A stretch of DNA of 64,000 nt from Macrostomum lignano. Taxonomy: Eukaryota. The notes beneath the pieces were generated by a model. It saw nothing but the letters and a program-made list of their open reading frames with translations, was not told the DNA's origin and did not search any database. Below, piece after piece: positions 11,530 to 25,308 of this stretch (positions are counted from its first letter, which is position 1; the number at the start of each line of letters is the position of its first letter). A program made the position numbers and the translations under genes. The stretch covers positions 186,001 to 250,000 of the forward strand of contig NIVC01000670.1 of the NCBI GenBank assembly GCA_002269645.1, read 5' to 3'.

Positions 11530-11900
11530 TGTTCTATGGTAATTCTGAAAGCTTCCCGATTGACCAGTTCGTAGAGCTGCGCTAGGGCTGCTTGGATCGT
11601 GCCGTCTGACTTTGAAGCCTCCTGAATTGTTGCAAAGCTCAGACCATTCGGAGTAGAGCCGATGGCGATTGCGTTGATGAAGCTAGCGCCTGTCCAGGAG
11701 TTCCCTGGGATTGTCCTTTGTCTGCATATCAGGCTGCTTACTGAGGAAATAAACGCGCTGGATTCTGTGGCCCAGGCTGATACTCGTAAGTGGAGCTTGA
11801 ATTTGAGGTGCTGTACTCTAAAATCCGTGGTGGAGGTTGAAAGAAGCTGGAACCGAATTTTGCCGCTTTTTGCACTTCGCGTTCAATTTTGGCGAATCGC
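11530..11900 (-). pseudogene. Ty3/Gypsy pol fragment (end of RNase H and linker to integrase)
   Basis: Minus strand gives PPPRI...YEYQPGPQNPA and FINAIAIGSTPNGLSFATIQEASKSDGTIQAALAAALRTG, resembling Gypsy Y.PG..N.AD and 'I..AT..D..LQ' motifs; frameshifted. Confidence 0.65.
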
Positions 11901-12245
11901 TGCTCAACTGGTGTGAGTGACCTGCTGGCGAAGGCGACTGGTTAGCGAATGCCTTTTCCATCCACCCTGGCTGAGAAGGGCGCCCAGGCCGACTGATGAG
12001 CAGGCGCGGCGGAGCCGGGGAGCATGGTTGTTGGGGGGGGGGGCATTTCCTTCCCAATATTTCAATAACATCAATATGATGTAGGCGCGTCCTGGGCCCC
12101 CGCTAATTTTTGCGCACCCATGCTCAAAGCTCATGACTCATACAATTATCACCCGCGTCACTGCCCCGCGCACCAGCCCCACCTCCTTTCTATTGTTTGA
12201 AATCATGCATGCGTGTAACAGCTAGCTTTATTACGAAGCCTATCT

Positions 12246-13432
12246 AGCCCTCCTCCGCATCATCGAGGAGGCGCGCATCCATCAGTCAAGTCTTCATTGA
12301 CTTCCCCCAAGGCTTTCGACTCGTTGGTTCGCGGCGCGCTGCCTCTCGTGCTTCGCGCGTACAAATGTGCGGGAGCAATTGATTTCCGCCATTTTGGTGA
12401 TGTACCAGGACGCAACCGCTTCGGTGATGACGCCAGATGGTCGGACCAATTCAGCACGTCCATTAGGCGTGTTGCAGGGTGACATTCTGGCGCCTTTCCT
12501 GTTTGTGCTGGCATTGAATTGGGTGCTTAGGACTGACCTGCCCAACACGGATGACGCCTTCCTGCTGAGAAGACACACGAGTCGGCGGCACCCGGAGAAG
12601 CGGCTCTCCGTTCTCGGCTACGCTGATGACCTCGTGCTGCTGTCATCGTCGGCTGGAGGCGCTCAGCGTCTGCTGGATGGCCTGACGGCAGCAGCATCGC
12701 AAGTCCGCTTCATGATGAACGCGCGAAATAGGGTAGTAATCTTCACAGCGCCCGATCTGACCTGCCTGCCGAGATCAACTACCGAGACGCTGCCAAAGGC
12801 AATGATGCTTGCCAACTGCCAGCGGTTCCTGTACCTCGGCGGCCTCGTGCCGGACGTTTCCGACGACCTGCATGGTGAGACGACGAGGATTGGCCTGGGC
12901 CGCGTTATGTTCTGTGCTCTCCGTGCTCTCCATTCTGAGGCCCTTGCCTGGATGACGGGTTCAGGGATGTCTGTTTCAGGCAGTCATTGACACTGTCTTG
13001 TAATACGATGCCGAGACCTAGACCCTGACGGACGCCTTGGAGAAGCAGCTGGACGCTGCGCATGCGGTGGTCCAGGCAGCGAGCTGAGGACCAAAGCCGC
13101 GATCTACATGTACACGAAAGCACGCCTGAATTCGGCCTTCTGGACCTGCTGGACGGGCGGCGACTTCGACTGGCTGGCGACGTCATCCGGTCGGGGGCCC
13201 ACCGCCCTGAGGCCGCTGCACGAAGCTGCAGGGACCGCGCAGGTGAGTCCAAGGGCGAAACGGTGAGATATCCTGACAGACTTTTGACCGATGCCATGGC
13301 GCCCCGGACCAAGCTGGGGGTGTGACTTCAATTTCTGAGGGCTACATGTATATGGCCCAGAGACGCGCTCTCTGACTTCCCCCCTTTCTGGCCACTGCGT
13401 GGCTGGCGGGTGAATTACTTTTGTTGTTGTTG
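12246..13432 (+). mobile_element. 5'-truncated RTE-like LINE (RT domain, decayed)
   Basis: KAFDS, GVLQGDILAPFLF and GYADD motifs; (TTG)n tail; 9-bp TSD with one mismatch (AGCCTATCT/ACCCTATCT). Confidence 0.88.
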
Positions 13433-14130
13433 ACCCCTATCTCCCCAAGCTTTTCGCCGCCTGTTACATATACCCCATCTTCAATTATTATCTCCGCTGC
13501 GCCTTACTGTCCAATCAAAGCGCGGCTGGCGGATGGCGTCATCAGGGTTGACAGGCTACGGCCTTCAAAGTCATGCATGTACATCACGCTCACGATGATC
13601 GCGTATATAAAATAGGCAAATAGGCAAAACGAGTTTGCGCTCGTGTTTATTGCCCCCCCCCGAGTTTGCGCTCGTGTTTTTTTGCCGCGCCTGCTGGCGA
13701 GGCGTCCATATGAACTTCCATGGGAGATTCTCGTCGATTAAAGAGTTGGCCAGTACGCTCTCCTTGCAGATCGCTGCTTTCCAGATTCTTTGATTCAGGC
13801 CCTCATTGGAATTACCGCCGTAGCGAAGCGAAACGATCATTTAATCATAGAACTTAATTTTCTAAACAAAAAGCTTTATGATTTTCAATGAAAGTATAAA
13901 AAAGGCAACCGACTTATCAAAAGATGAGCCATATCAAAAGAAGGTCTCCCTTCTATCAAAAGCAATGACGATCGATTTTTGTGCTGAATAAGTGAAAATC
14001 TTGTAGTTCTCCGTAATGTATTTTCCGGTAAAAACCAACCTGGGTTAATCCATTTTTCCAAGAAACATAGTTTTCCGTCCTTTTCGACCATGTGAGTTGC
14101 GTAACGACTCGGCAAAATCATTTTGTTGAA

Positions 14131-14647
14131 TGGAAGTGCTTATCCCCACGGTCCCGTATCAATAATTCCAAATTTATTCACACAATCCGTGTCGATAATT
14201 TTCAGCTTATCCCCACGGCAGCTTATTGGAATAGAGAACTTTAAAATGAATCTGTTCAAAAACCGTCTATTTGTTTTCACTGTTTTACAAATCTTCCAAA
14301 TAAATTACTGAATACTGAATAGTATCGAGTACTTTGTTAAAACTTTTTCATCTTATAAAGGGTTAAATTTTAAATATTCCCTTAGCTGCCGGCTTTGCTT
14401 AGATCGAACGACCGAACGATCCCAAGATGGAGGCCTCAAATGGGACTTGCAAAATTTAAAATTCAAAATGTAATAATAATGATAATAATACTAATAATAA
14501 TGACAATATCGATTTAAAGTACAGTACACAAAACTAAACACAAACAACTGCACAATCTTAGCCGTAGGGATAAGCTGAAAATTATCGTGTGGATAAAATT
14601 GGAATTATCGGCACGGGATCGTGGGCCATAGGCCCTAAGCACTTCCA
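14131..14647. mobile_element. Non-autonomous TIR element, superfamily unassigned
   Basis: Termini TGGAAGTGCTTA...TAAGCACTTCCA with about 85-bp imperfect inverted arms; no clear TSD. Confidence 0.65.
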
Positions 14648-14791
14648 AAATTGTGTTCATTATTTGTTGCACCGTTGCTTCGGGTTAGTTCTTTCTACCT
14701 TTGTCATTCTTCACTAGGCCTAGCCTGGACTTTTCAGTGGGGGTTGTCGAATGTCGTCCTGTGACTCACCAATATGGCATTTACACATAGG

Positions 14792-15381
14792 CCATGGTCA
14801 CGATCGTGTACCGCTGTACGCCGGAACGAAAATTGCTTCCGTAGCTCATGCACGCCAATGTACGCCAACGAACTTTTTATCGCATACAAAAATACGCCAA
14901 AATAGAAATTACAAACTACAACTAATATTAAAAGCTTGCAAAATTTTAATATTTGATCAACCTATGTGTTAAAACTAAAAATCTTTTTACTAAACTGTAG
15001 AGAACTAGTTCATTTTAACTAATTTTGTTTTACTTTTACTTTCTTGGAAAGGTTAAGCCCGGTTTTTTAAATTTAGTTTTCTGTTTTTTTCGTAAAGGGC
15101 CAGCCATTCTTTCTGATCAAAATTTAGCTACTGTAACTATGTACATGGAAACTATGCCAAATGCAAACTTAATCATTTTTGTATGCTAATTATGTAGATT
15201 GATTGTTGGGACTCGGAACTTTTGGTCCCACCTGCTGGTCTCGGCAATCTCTATACGCCAAGCTGTACGCCAAGAGGGCACGCCAGGCGCCTTTGTACGC
15301 CAAGTTGTACGCCGATGTGTAATCTAGGTCCCTCTGTACGCCGGAATTTTCCAGCGTACATGTATACCATCCGGAGTCTGG
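14792..15381. mobile_element. hAT-type non-autonomous element with TGTACGCC subterminal repeats
   Basis: 8-bp TSD CACATAGG on both sides; imperfect TIRs. Confidence 0.75.
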
Positions 15382-15763
15382 CACATAGGCTACATTCTAC
15401 ATAGCCTTTTGGAAGGCAAATGTCAGTTAAAAGTAGGCCTAGGTTTTTTTACAAATGCATAACTTCGCAATACAATTATATGAAATAAAAAGCAACAGGC
15501 CTATATAAACCAGAAAAAAACAAAAATTTGTCATATCCATATTCCTAATATAGAAAAAAACTTTTTAAAAATTTTAATTTGGCTTTCAATCTCTTTCATT
15601 AGGGTAATATTAATAACAAACTAGGCATAAATCATATTTGTCATAGAAATGTTTTTTGAATAAGGTGACATAACAAAAAAGTGCTTTATTTTTACAATTA
15701 AAAATAATTAGTAGGCCTAAGTTTGCCAAAAAAACCTAGCATAAAAATTCATTAGGAATCTAG

Positions 15764-16441
15764 TAGAGCTGTCACGAGATCTTGACGAGACAAGATTCGA
15801 GACAAGATCTCGACATTTTTTCTCGTCTCGAGAAATCTCGAATTTTGTCAAGAAATTCGAGACAAGATTCAAGAATTTTTCTGATACCTTTTTTAAAAGC
15901 TTTTAAGTGATAAGATATAAAAAGGGGAGCAAATTTTCATATAAATACAACTGTTTGTTGTAACACGCTTGATAGGGCAATTTTCAAATGGTAAAATCTA
16001 GCCAATGTTGAGCAGTTATTTAACAAACGTTATTATATACGAGTTTGCATTGCATATGCACTCTTTTAGTTATCATTTCAGTTCTACAGCAAGGTGTATC
16101 ATAGTAGACTTGAAGACAATCTACACAGGTCTTTTGACAAATTAGTAATAGACATAGTAGGGCCAAGGGCTTATATGCTATAAGCATAAATTCTTATAAA
16201 TAAATAGCAAAGAATTTAAACTAGAATTAAGAAAGTATTCTGGAAAATCTATAAAATGTATTTTAGAATTATATCTTATCAAGAAATTTAAGACAAGATA
16301 AGGCAAGATAAGACCAAGACAAGATGCAATTCTGAAATATATTTTTTAGATTTACTTTGTCTTGTCTCGAAATTCTCGACTTATAAGCCTTTCTCGTCTC
16401 AAATCCCGTCTCAAATAAAATCTCTAATTTTGACAGCTCTA
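15764..16441. mobile_element. hAT-type non-autonomous element
   Basis: TIR TAGAGCTGTCA/TGACAGCTCTA; 8-bp TSD GAATCTAG; GAGACAAGA subterminal repeats. Confidence 0.92.
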
Positions 16442-17200
16442 GAATCTAGCATAAAAAATTGAAAATTCATGAAATTTTAAAATTGATTTAAGTTAAATTA
16501 TAAAAAATAGGCCTTAATTATTTTAAGGTGCAAGTTTTTTGACTTTTTTATCATTATCAATTTTCAAAGTAAAATGTCAATTAGACTTAGGCCCTCTTTA
16601 GGCCTATTAATTTTTAAAATCGTTTTTATATCGAATTTAATTAGGCCTAGCTAGGCCTAGTTTATTTTTCATAATCATTTTTGGTCAGTAGGCTAGTAAT
16701 GGACTAATGGTCACTTTTTGGTTCTGATAAGGCCTATTTTGAAATATTTATCAAATTAAATATAGGTCATATGCCATATACAGTGTATATAGATATATTA
16801 TAGCCTAAGTTATATTTAATTAAATTAGCTTTTCCTCTAATATAGGCCCTATTGTTTCACTTTATAGTCTAATAGGTATAGCCAATGCCAAAATTGATTA
16901 GGGAGACATTAAATAAAGAGAATATTAATATATTAGAAGATATTAGAAGATTTTAAATAAATTCTAGCTAGGCTATTTATTTATTTGAGGTAGGGCCAGG
17001 GGGTTGTATGTACCCTGGTACACTTTAAGTACATAGGCGCACAACTGGCAAGAGGCATTACTGCCCATTTCGCCAACTCCCCTGAGCAAAGCGTGCAGAT
17101 ATGTACGCAAGCACACACTTACACAGGATAGGAATAGGCCTATACAGCAGCCCTAACTTTATTTTATCATTAGGCATGTACACTTCACTGCGCCTTGGGG

Positions 17201-17565
17201 CAGGGTTTTTTTGTGCGCAGAGTGTCCGTATGCACCCTAAATTTTAAAATCGCACCCTGAAATTAAAAAAGTAGGTGCGGTTTAGGTGCAGTCTTATAAC
17301 CATTTTTCTTTAAAGGCTTAACCATGCTTAAGCTATTTTTTATGCACTGCCTTAAAATATGAAACAAAATAACTCTTTAAATCCTATTAAGTCATATAGG
17401 CGATATAGCCTATGGCTATAGCCTTATGTAAGATATTAAAATATACATTCCCAGTTGTCTGAAACAAGACTCAAAAGAAATTGCACTCTGAGCCTTAAAA
17501 TCGCATCTTGAAATTTAGCACAAGGTGCGATTTCGCACTTTGTCTCTGGCGAAAAAAAAACCCAG
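17201..17565. mobile_element. hAT-type MITE
   Basis: TIR CAGGGTTTTTTT / AAAAAAACCCAG (one mismatch); 8-bp TSD CCTTGGGG. Confidence 0.88.
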
Positions 17566-18439
17566 CCTTGGGGGGTTGGCTCTCAAGGCCGTTAATTGCA
17601 CAAGCAGAGCCAAGCCAAGATTCCAATTCAGCCCCAAATTAATGTGACTGCACTTGGAATCAAGCCTGGGCCACTGGCACACCAGAGCCTATGCTAGACT
17701 GCTGGGCTACAGCCCCCTCTAGCTAGGCTAGGTCTAATTTAGATCTTTGTTAAACTTAATTTAGTTTGGTATTGAATAAAATTTCATTTATATAAATCTA
17801 AGCCTAAGCCTTAGTCTTATCCTAAGCCTATATGATTATTAATTCCAATAATTATTTTTTTTCATTTTTCAATTTTTGTCTCTATAGCCAATATAGGAGT
17901 GAATATAAACAGCTGCTAAAAACATTTGTAGGCCTTAGTCAATATTAGCAAATAGTTTTTAAACAAAAAAGCTATTATATTTGTCATTAAGAACAAAAGC
18001 CTATTCTGGTTATGGTTGCAATCTATATTAGAATCAAGATCATATAGCAATGGTTGCAACATTATTTAATAGAGCAATAATTTATGCTAGCCAGATGAGG
18101 CAAGTTAGCTAGTAGTTGCACATGCAAAAATGTCTATTTTGATTAAATAAACTAATTAGTAAATTAAATGAACTATAAAAACTTTTTAAGTTCACGCACT
18201 TTGGGATTAAGTTTTATTTTCTTAGATTTTTTATATATTTTTAAGAGTCTTTAGTAGTCAAATCCTTTGTGCTAAAAACCTCTAACAGTTAAAGCAGTTA
18301 ACTCAAACTTAAGGCAAGTCTGTAGGAATTGATAATAATGTGCCCTATCATGGCCTAGTTATCAAAGTCAAAAATACAATATAGTGCTCCAACAATACAA
18401 TCTATAGTCGAATTTACCTATCTGACCCACTTAGAATAG

Positions 18440-19314
18440 CAGTGTTGGGCACCGTTAATGAAAATCTTAACTTCCGTTAATAGCAAAAGCGTTAGCGTTA
18501 AAACAAAAAAATCTTAACTTTTTAACTCCTAATTTCGTTAAGTTAACTGAAAGTTAACTGATAATCGTTAATAAGCGTTAATCCGTTAAAGTTAACACAG
18601 AAAATATGGAAATCTTGCACGTTTCTTCCCAAAACAGACTTCGTATTGCACGTCTTTGCTATTCCATCTTTTTAGCGAAACACAGAGGTCATCTAAGCGA
18701 TTTGAAAGCTAAAAAAGTAATAAATAATCATTTTAAAAACTTGCATGCATAATAATACTACTAAAAGTAAAGCATATAGTAAAAAAGTAACTTATTTTAT
18801 TTGAAACTTAAAAGCTAATAGCGAGAAATTCATAATTAAATACGCATAGGAAGGTTGTTTCAGTACCATTAGTAGGCGCAGCAGAAAGTTGCGAAAGATT
18901 GGGACAGAAGTGAATCAAAGCGATCGATGCTCACGCGCAAGAAATAAAGTTTGACACTATTTTAATTCATTATTTTAAAGTTTATTTGTAAGAAGTTGTT
19001 AATTACATGTACGTCTGTATGATCATCGTCATAAATAAAGAGATTATATTTAGGCATATAGGTAAGCTCAAATACGTTCGTAATGTTTAAACTTCTTGTA
19101 AGACTTCTATTTTTCGTTCCTTCTTTGCGTCTTTGGTCATTGACATAGACACAACCGTTAACGATGAATTTATCGTTAATTCACAAAATTTTTAATGCAA
19201 ATTCGTTAATCTGTTAGTTCAAGAAAATCTTCACGACAGTCCGTTAACGTTAATGAAAAATCTTAACACTTATTAACGGATTAAAGGTTATTAACGGACT
19301 GGTGCCCAACACTG
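18440..19314. mobile_element. hAT-type non-autonomous element
   Basis: TIR CAGTGTTGGGCACC/GGTGCCCAACACTG; TSD TAGAATAG/TAGAACAG; CCGTTAA subterminal repeats. Confidence 0.88.
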
Positions 19315-19622
19315 TAGAACAGATACATATAGTATAAGTATAAAGTATAAAGCTCAACAGAAATTAAGTATACTTTTTGTGACACTATTGTATATGCAGT
19401 CATATATATACTTCAGTTTTACTGAAAGTAGATACCCAAACAGTTATTAGAAAGTCAACAGTAGGGTAAGTAGTTTCTGTTTCTAATAAAACTTTATCAG
19501 GTCAAACTTATGTGATGGCTGATTTATCTGAGAACACATAAATCATGTAGTTAGTTATAGTAAATTTGAAACAGTGGATTCTAAAGCTTGAATTAGTACG
19601 CATATTGCAGCAGTCGTCAGTC

Positions 19623-22600
19623 ATGACTAGCCTAGACAACATGCTTAGCCGCGGCTCAGTGCGGGCACTCAACAATGGCGAGGACTATCAGAACCCGGTG
19701 CTGAAGGTGCTCGGCCACCGCAAGGTTCCTGGCGGCGGGCAGGACCGCTACCGCCTACTCGTGACAGATGGCATCGATCAGCACTCTTACGTGATGCTGG
19801 GCACCCAGCTCAACTACCTGATCGAGGGCGACCAGCTGCCGCCTGGCACAGTTCTGCAGGTGACAAAGTACGTGCTCAACAATATGAAATCTGACAAGCC
19901 AATCCTGATTGTCATATCGCTAGACATCCTGGGCTCGGGCTCTGTGCCTGATCCTGCCAATAGCGACGCCAATGGCACCGGAGCCCCCTCCGCGCAGCAG
20001 CAGCAGCAGCCGGTGAAGCCTCTCGCCGACAACAACCGGCCGGCCGCGTTCGCCGCTGTCCAGGAGACACCGCCGCGTCCGACAGCCAGCAGCTACAGCA
20101 GCGGTGCGGGCGGCCGCGGGGGAGGCGGCGGTCAGCAGCCAGGCTTCGTGCCGCAGACGCCGCCGCACTCTGGAAGGTCCTTCGGCGGAGGCAGCAGCGA
20201 CCAATCGGCTGGCAGCGGCATTGACACCAGTCGGGTTCGTCCGATCTCATCGCTGAACCCGTATCAGAACAAGTGGACCATCTGCGGTCGGGTGACCCAG
20301 AAGAGTCAGGTGAGGCTGATTACATGGGTCATTGGGTCAGTCTGATCAATCAGCACCATTTAGTTCCTAACTGATAGTGCTACTTACATCAGTAGTGTCA
20401 TTGACATTGCAGCATATCAGCCTACTTTCATCAGTAGTGTCATTGACATAGCAGCATATCAGCCTACTTACATCAGTAGTGTCATTGACATAGCAGCATA
20501 TCAGCCTACTTACATCAGTAGTGTCATTGACATTGCAGCATATAAGCCTACTTAAATCAGTAGCCAGTCACGAGCCCATCTGCAATATCCGCAGGTTCGC
20601 ACCTGGTCAAACAGCCGAGGCGAGGGCAAGCTGTTCAGCTTCGTCCTGACCGACGACAGCAGCGAGATCCGCGTGACGGCCTTCAGAGACGAGGTGGACA
20701 AGTACTTCGACTTGGTGGAGCTGGGCCGCGCCATGTACATCAGCAGGGGCCAGTTGAAGGCGGCGAACAAGCAGTTCAACAACACGCAGAACGAATACGA
20801 GATGGTGCTGAGCAGCGAGTCGCAGCTGCAGCAGTGCGACGATGCCGACGCTGCCGCGGTGCCCGAGATGAAGTTCAACTTCGTGCCGATCGCTCAGCTG
20901 GACACGGTGGAGCCGAACAAGTGGGTAGTTGTGGTAGCTGAGTGGCGCTTTGTCTTTGGCAAGTTCTTGGTGTTGCCGTGCATATATAAGCTCTGTGAGC
21001 TTGTGGGACTCCGTTTGGGGGGCTCCCAAACGAAGGGTCTGTTGCAGTGTTTGGTGGCACTCAGTGTCTGTTGCAGTGTTTGGGCACTCCTTTGTTGCAG
21101 TGTTTAGGCACTCCTTTGTTGCAGTGTTTGGGCACTCCGTGTATGTTGCAGTGTTTGGGCACTCCATGTCTGTTGCAGTGTTTGGGCACTCCTTTGTTGC
21201 AGTGTTTGGGCATTCCGTGTATGTTGCAGTGTTTGGGCACTCCTTTGTTGCAGTGTTTGGGCACTCCGTGTATGTTGCAGTGTTTGGGCACTCCATGTCT
21301 GTTGCAGTGTTTGGGGCACTCAGTGTATGTTGCAGTGTTTGGGCACTCTGTGTCTGTTGCAGTGTTTGGGCACTCAGTGTATGTTGCAGTGTTTGGGCAC
21401 TCAGTGTATGTTGCAGTGTTTGGGCACTCCGTGTCTGTTGCAGTGTTTGGGCACTCTGTGTCTGTTGCAGTGTTTGGGCACTCCGTGTCTGTTGCAGTGT
21501 TTAAGGCACTCCGTGTCTGTTGCAGTGTTTGGGCGCACTCCGTGTCTGTTGCAGTGTTTGGTGGCACTCAGTGTCTGTTGCAGTGTTTGGGCACTCAGTG
21601 TCTGTTGCAGTGTTTGGGCATTCCGTGTCTGTTGCAGTGTTTGGTGGCACTCAGTGTCTGTTGCAGTGTTTGGTGGCACTCAGTGTCTGTTGCAGTGTTT
21701 GGGCACTCCGTGTCTGTTGCAGTGTTTGGGCACTCCGTGTCTGTTGTAGTGTTTGGGCACTCCGTGTCTGTTGCAGTGTTTGGGCACTCCGTGTCTGTTG
21801 CAGTGTTTGGGCATTCCGTGTCTGTTGCAGTGTTTGGGGCACTCTGTGTCTGTTGCAGTGTTTGGGCACTCCGTGTCTGTTGCAGTGTTTGGGCACTCCG
21901 TGTCTGTTGCAGTATTTGGTGGCACTCAGTGTCTGTTGCAGTATTTGGAGCACTCCGTGTCTGTTGCAGTATTTGGAGCACTCCGTGTCTGTTGCAGTGT
22001 TTGGGCACTCTGTGTCTGTTGCAGTGTTTGGGGCACTCTGTGTCTGTTGCAGTGTTTGGGGCACTCCGTGTCTGTTGCGTGTCTGTTGCAGTGTTTGGGG
22101 CACTCCGTGTCTGTTGCAGTGTCTGTTGCAGTATTTGGAGCACTCTGTGTCTGTTGCGTGTCTGTTGCAGTGTTTGGGCACTCCGTGTCTGTTGCAGTGT
22201 TTGGGCACTCCATATCTGTTGCAGTGTTTGGGCACTCCGTGTCTGTTGCAGTGTTTGGTGGCACTCCATATCTGTTGCAGTGTTTGGGCACTCCGTGTCT
22301 GTTGCAGTGTTTGGGGCACTCTGTGTCTGTTGCAGTGTTTGGGCACTCCGTGTCTGTTGCAGTGTTTGGGGCACTCTGTGTCTGTTGCAGTGTTTGGGCA
22401 CTCCGTGTCTGTTGCAGTGTTTGGTGGCACTCAGTGTCTGTTGCAGTGTTTGGGCACTCCGTGTCTGTTGCAGTATTTGGAGCACTCAGTGTCTGTTGCA
22501 GTGTTTGGGCATTCCGTGTCTGTTGCAGTGTTTGGGCATTCCGTGTCTGTTGCAGTGTTTGGGGCACTCCGTGTCTGTTGCAGTGTTTGGGGCACTCAGT

Positions 22601-23989
22601 GTCTGTTGCAGTGTTTGGTGGCACTCAGTGTCTGTTGCAGTGTTTGGGGCACTCAGTGTCTGTTGCAGTGTTTGGGGCACTCAGTGTCTGTTGCAGTGTT
22701 TGGGGCACTCCATGTCTGTTGCAGTGTTTGGGGCACTCCGTGTCTGTTGCAGTGTTTGGTGGCACTCCATGTCTGTTGCAGTGTTTGGGGCACTCCATGT
22801 CTGTTGCAGTGTTTGGGGCACTCCGTGTCTGTTGCAGTGTCTGTTGCAGTGCTGCAGTGACGCAACCAGGCAGAGCCCATGAGGATGCCTACACACGCAC
22901 AACCCCTCCGCAGGTTCGTGGACGTCTGCGGCGTGGTGCACGAGACGCACGACGTGCAGACCATCGTGGGCAAGACCAGCAACCGGGAGATCGCAAAGCG
23001 GGACCTCACGCTGGTGGACAGTAGCGGCTGCTCCGTCCGCTGCACCCTATGGGGCGACGAGGCGGTGAAGTTCAACGGCGAGAAGAAGCCGGTGGTGGCC
23101 GTCAAGGGCGCCAAGGTGTCGGACTTTGGCGGCAGGTCGCTGAGCTCCACCACCAACAGCTGCTTCCTGATCAACCCGTCGATGCCCGAGGCAGACAGGC
23201 TTCGCGGCTGGTACCACATGGAGGGCCAGCAGATGCAGTTCGACACGTTCAGAGGCGACGGCGGAGCTGGCGGCGGTCCGGGCGGCGGAAGCGCCGTCTA
23301 TCGCAACCTGAAGGACTGCAAGGCCGGCGGCTTCGGCACCGGGGACAAGTTCGAGTACTTCAGCTGCCTTGCCTGCATCATTCACATGAAGCGGGAGACG
23401 TGCCTGTACCAGGTGAGTGATAGGCTCTAATTGATTGCCTCTTGGTGCTCTGGCAGCCCCCCGCTGAGCCCCCGGCAACCGCCGCCTTGCAGGCCTGCCC
23501 GAAGCCCGACTGCAACAAGAAGGTGATCGAATTCAATGGCGAATACCGCTGCGAGAAATGCCAGTCCAGCTACCCGAATTTCACCTGGCGATTCCTGCTG
23601 CAGGCGAATCTGGCTGATCACACCGACAACCAGTGGGTGACCTGCTTCCAGGTGAGCTGCTGTCGCCAGTTCTGTGAGCACTGAGTAGTTTATCTGAGTC
23701 AGCATTTCTTATCGCTGCCTCTGCTCATCATCAACAGGACACGGCCGAGAAGCTCCTGGGAGTGACCGCCCAGCAGCTCGGCCAGATGCGCTCGGACGGA
23801 GACGACAAGGGCCAGACAGGCGTGTTTGAGAAGGCCCTGTTCCAGCATCACCTGTTCACCATGCGGGCCAAGATGGAGAACTTCCAGGACGAGATGCGGC
23901 TGCGTGTTGTTGTGCAGGACGTGAAGCAGATGAACTTTGCTGAGGCCGGCCGCCTGTTGGTGAGCCAGATCGAGGCCATGGCCGTGTGA
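19623..23989 (+). CDS. RPA1: Replication protein A 70-kDa subunit, copy a; exons 19623-20309, 20595-20920, 22914-23412, 23493-23651, 23738-23989 (640 aa)
   Basis: RPA70N domain, [28 protein letters not shown] (DBD-A), DBD-B, zinc finger [11 protein letters not shown]...YRCEKC (DBD-C); all GT-AG junctions in frame. Confidence 0.96.
20357..20552. repeat. 42-bp minisatellite in RPA1a intron 1
   Basis: About 4 copies of CCTACTTACATCAGTAGTGTCATTGACATAGCAGCATATCAG, preceded by one unit of the RPA1b-type repeat. Confidence 0.9.
21035..22850. repeat. 27-29-bp minisatellite (GCACTCCGTGTCTGTTGCAGTGTTTGG) in RPA1a intron 2
   Basis: Read directly. Confidence 0.95.
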
Positions 23990-24499
23990 CTGATGCAGTC
24001 ATAAGTTATCATTAAACTATCCCAGTAGCTCTGCTCTTCGTTTTAATGCCCTTCTCAAGTTGAACATGAAACGATTTTTACAAAACCAGTTTTCATAAGG
24101 CAAGCACTTGCCTATTTTTGTAACTAACTTATTAACTTATTTGCAATTTTATTCAGTCGAATATAAAGTGTATTGGGTTTGCATTTAAACGAATGGATTT
24201 CTTATTAATACTTAAGTTAATATTTTCTAAGAATAGGAATCCGCATTTGAAATAGGCGAGCAGTCTTGACTACAAATGTCAATCTCAATAGTCAATAATA
24301 ACTAGGTACTAAGGTACCAGTCAAATAAAATTGTATTTTCGCTAAAACAGCTGATTAAAATAATCGGGTTAACATGTCTGATCGAAATTATTTTTCTTAA
24401 ATTTGTAATTGTCAGAACTTTTTGGTCTTGATTTATTTAGCATAGATTAGCCTGGCAGGTCCGCCTCTATTACACGTACAGTCTCTTACCAGACTTGTT

Positions 24500-24955
24500 T
24501 TTAGCCGATGGGAAACACCGATGGGAAAACGCCGGAGGGAAACGCTGGAGGAGAAATCCCGCCGAGGGGAAACTCCGATGGGGGACGTCGGAAAGGAAAC
24601 GCTGGAGGGGAAATCCCGCCGATGGGAAACGCTGGAGGGGAACACCAGAAGGGAAAGGCTGTAGGGGAAATCCCGCCGATGGGAAACGCTGGAGGGGAAC
24701 ACCAGAAGGGAAAGGCTGTAGGGGAAATCCCGCCGATGGGAAACGCTGGAGGGGAACACTGGAGAGGAACGCTGGAAGGTAAACGCCGGAGGGGAAACGC
24801 ACGCTAGAGGGAAACGCTGGAAGGGAAACGCCGGAAGGGAAACGCAGTAGGGGAAATCTCGTCGAGGGGAAACGCCGGAGGGAAACGCTGGAAGGGAAAC
24901 GCTAGAGGGGAAACGCTGGAGGGAAACACTGGAAGGGAAACGCCGGAGGGGAACA
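24500..24955. repeat. Degenerate G/A-rich tandem repeat (GGGAAACGCTGGAG-like)
   Basis: Read directly. Confidence 0.85.
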
Positions 24956-25308
24956 TTAACACAATGCAAACTTAATGGCGCACACGTGCATTAGGAAGTA
25001 AGGAACTCTATCGTCAGATCACTCACCGCAGCTAAAGTGGCGGAGGGCCCACTCGGACCAGTTGGTCTTCCCCGCCACATCCGACAGTCGGACTCTGGCC
25101 GGCACAGCTCTTTCTAGGCCGCGAGTTGCGGACTCACAAAGACCTCATGCGCCTCTCGGTACGTGAGCAAGTTCTCCATTCTCAGACGAGCCAGAAGAAG
25201 CAAGTGCGTGACCGCAGGGCGAGGCATCCAGAGCAGCTTCTAAGGGTATACATCTGGACAGGACTCAACTTGCGTGCCCAGAACCTCTGCTTGCTGTTCA
25301 AACTTTAA

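Noticed and set aside
19566-19622. Upstream TTG start for RPA1a in the ORF track
   Set aside because: Lies upstream of a splice acceptor; the ATG at 19623 aligns with copy b
20950-23024. ORFs up to 611 aa (and 28185-30267, up to 601 aa)
   Set aside because: Produced by the intron-2 minisatellite; the true RPA1 exons splice around it in frame
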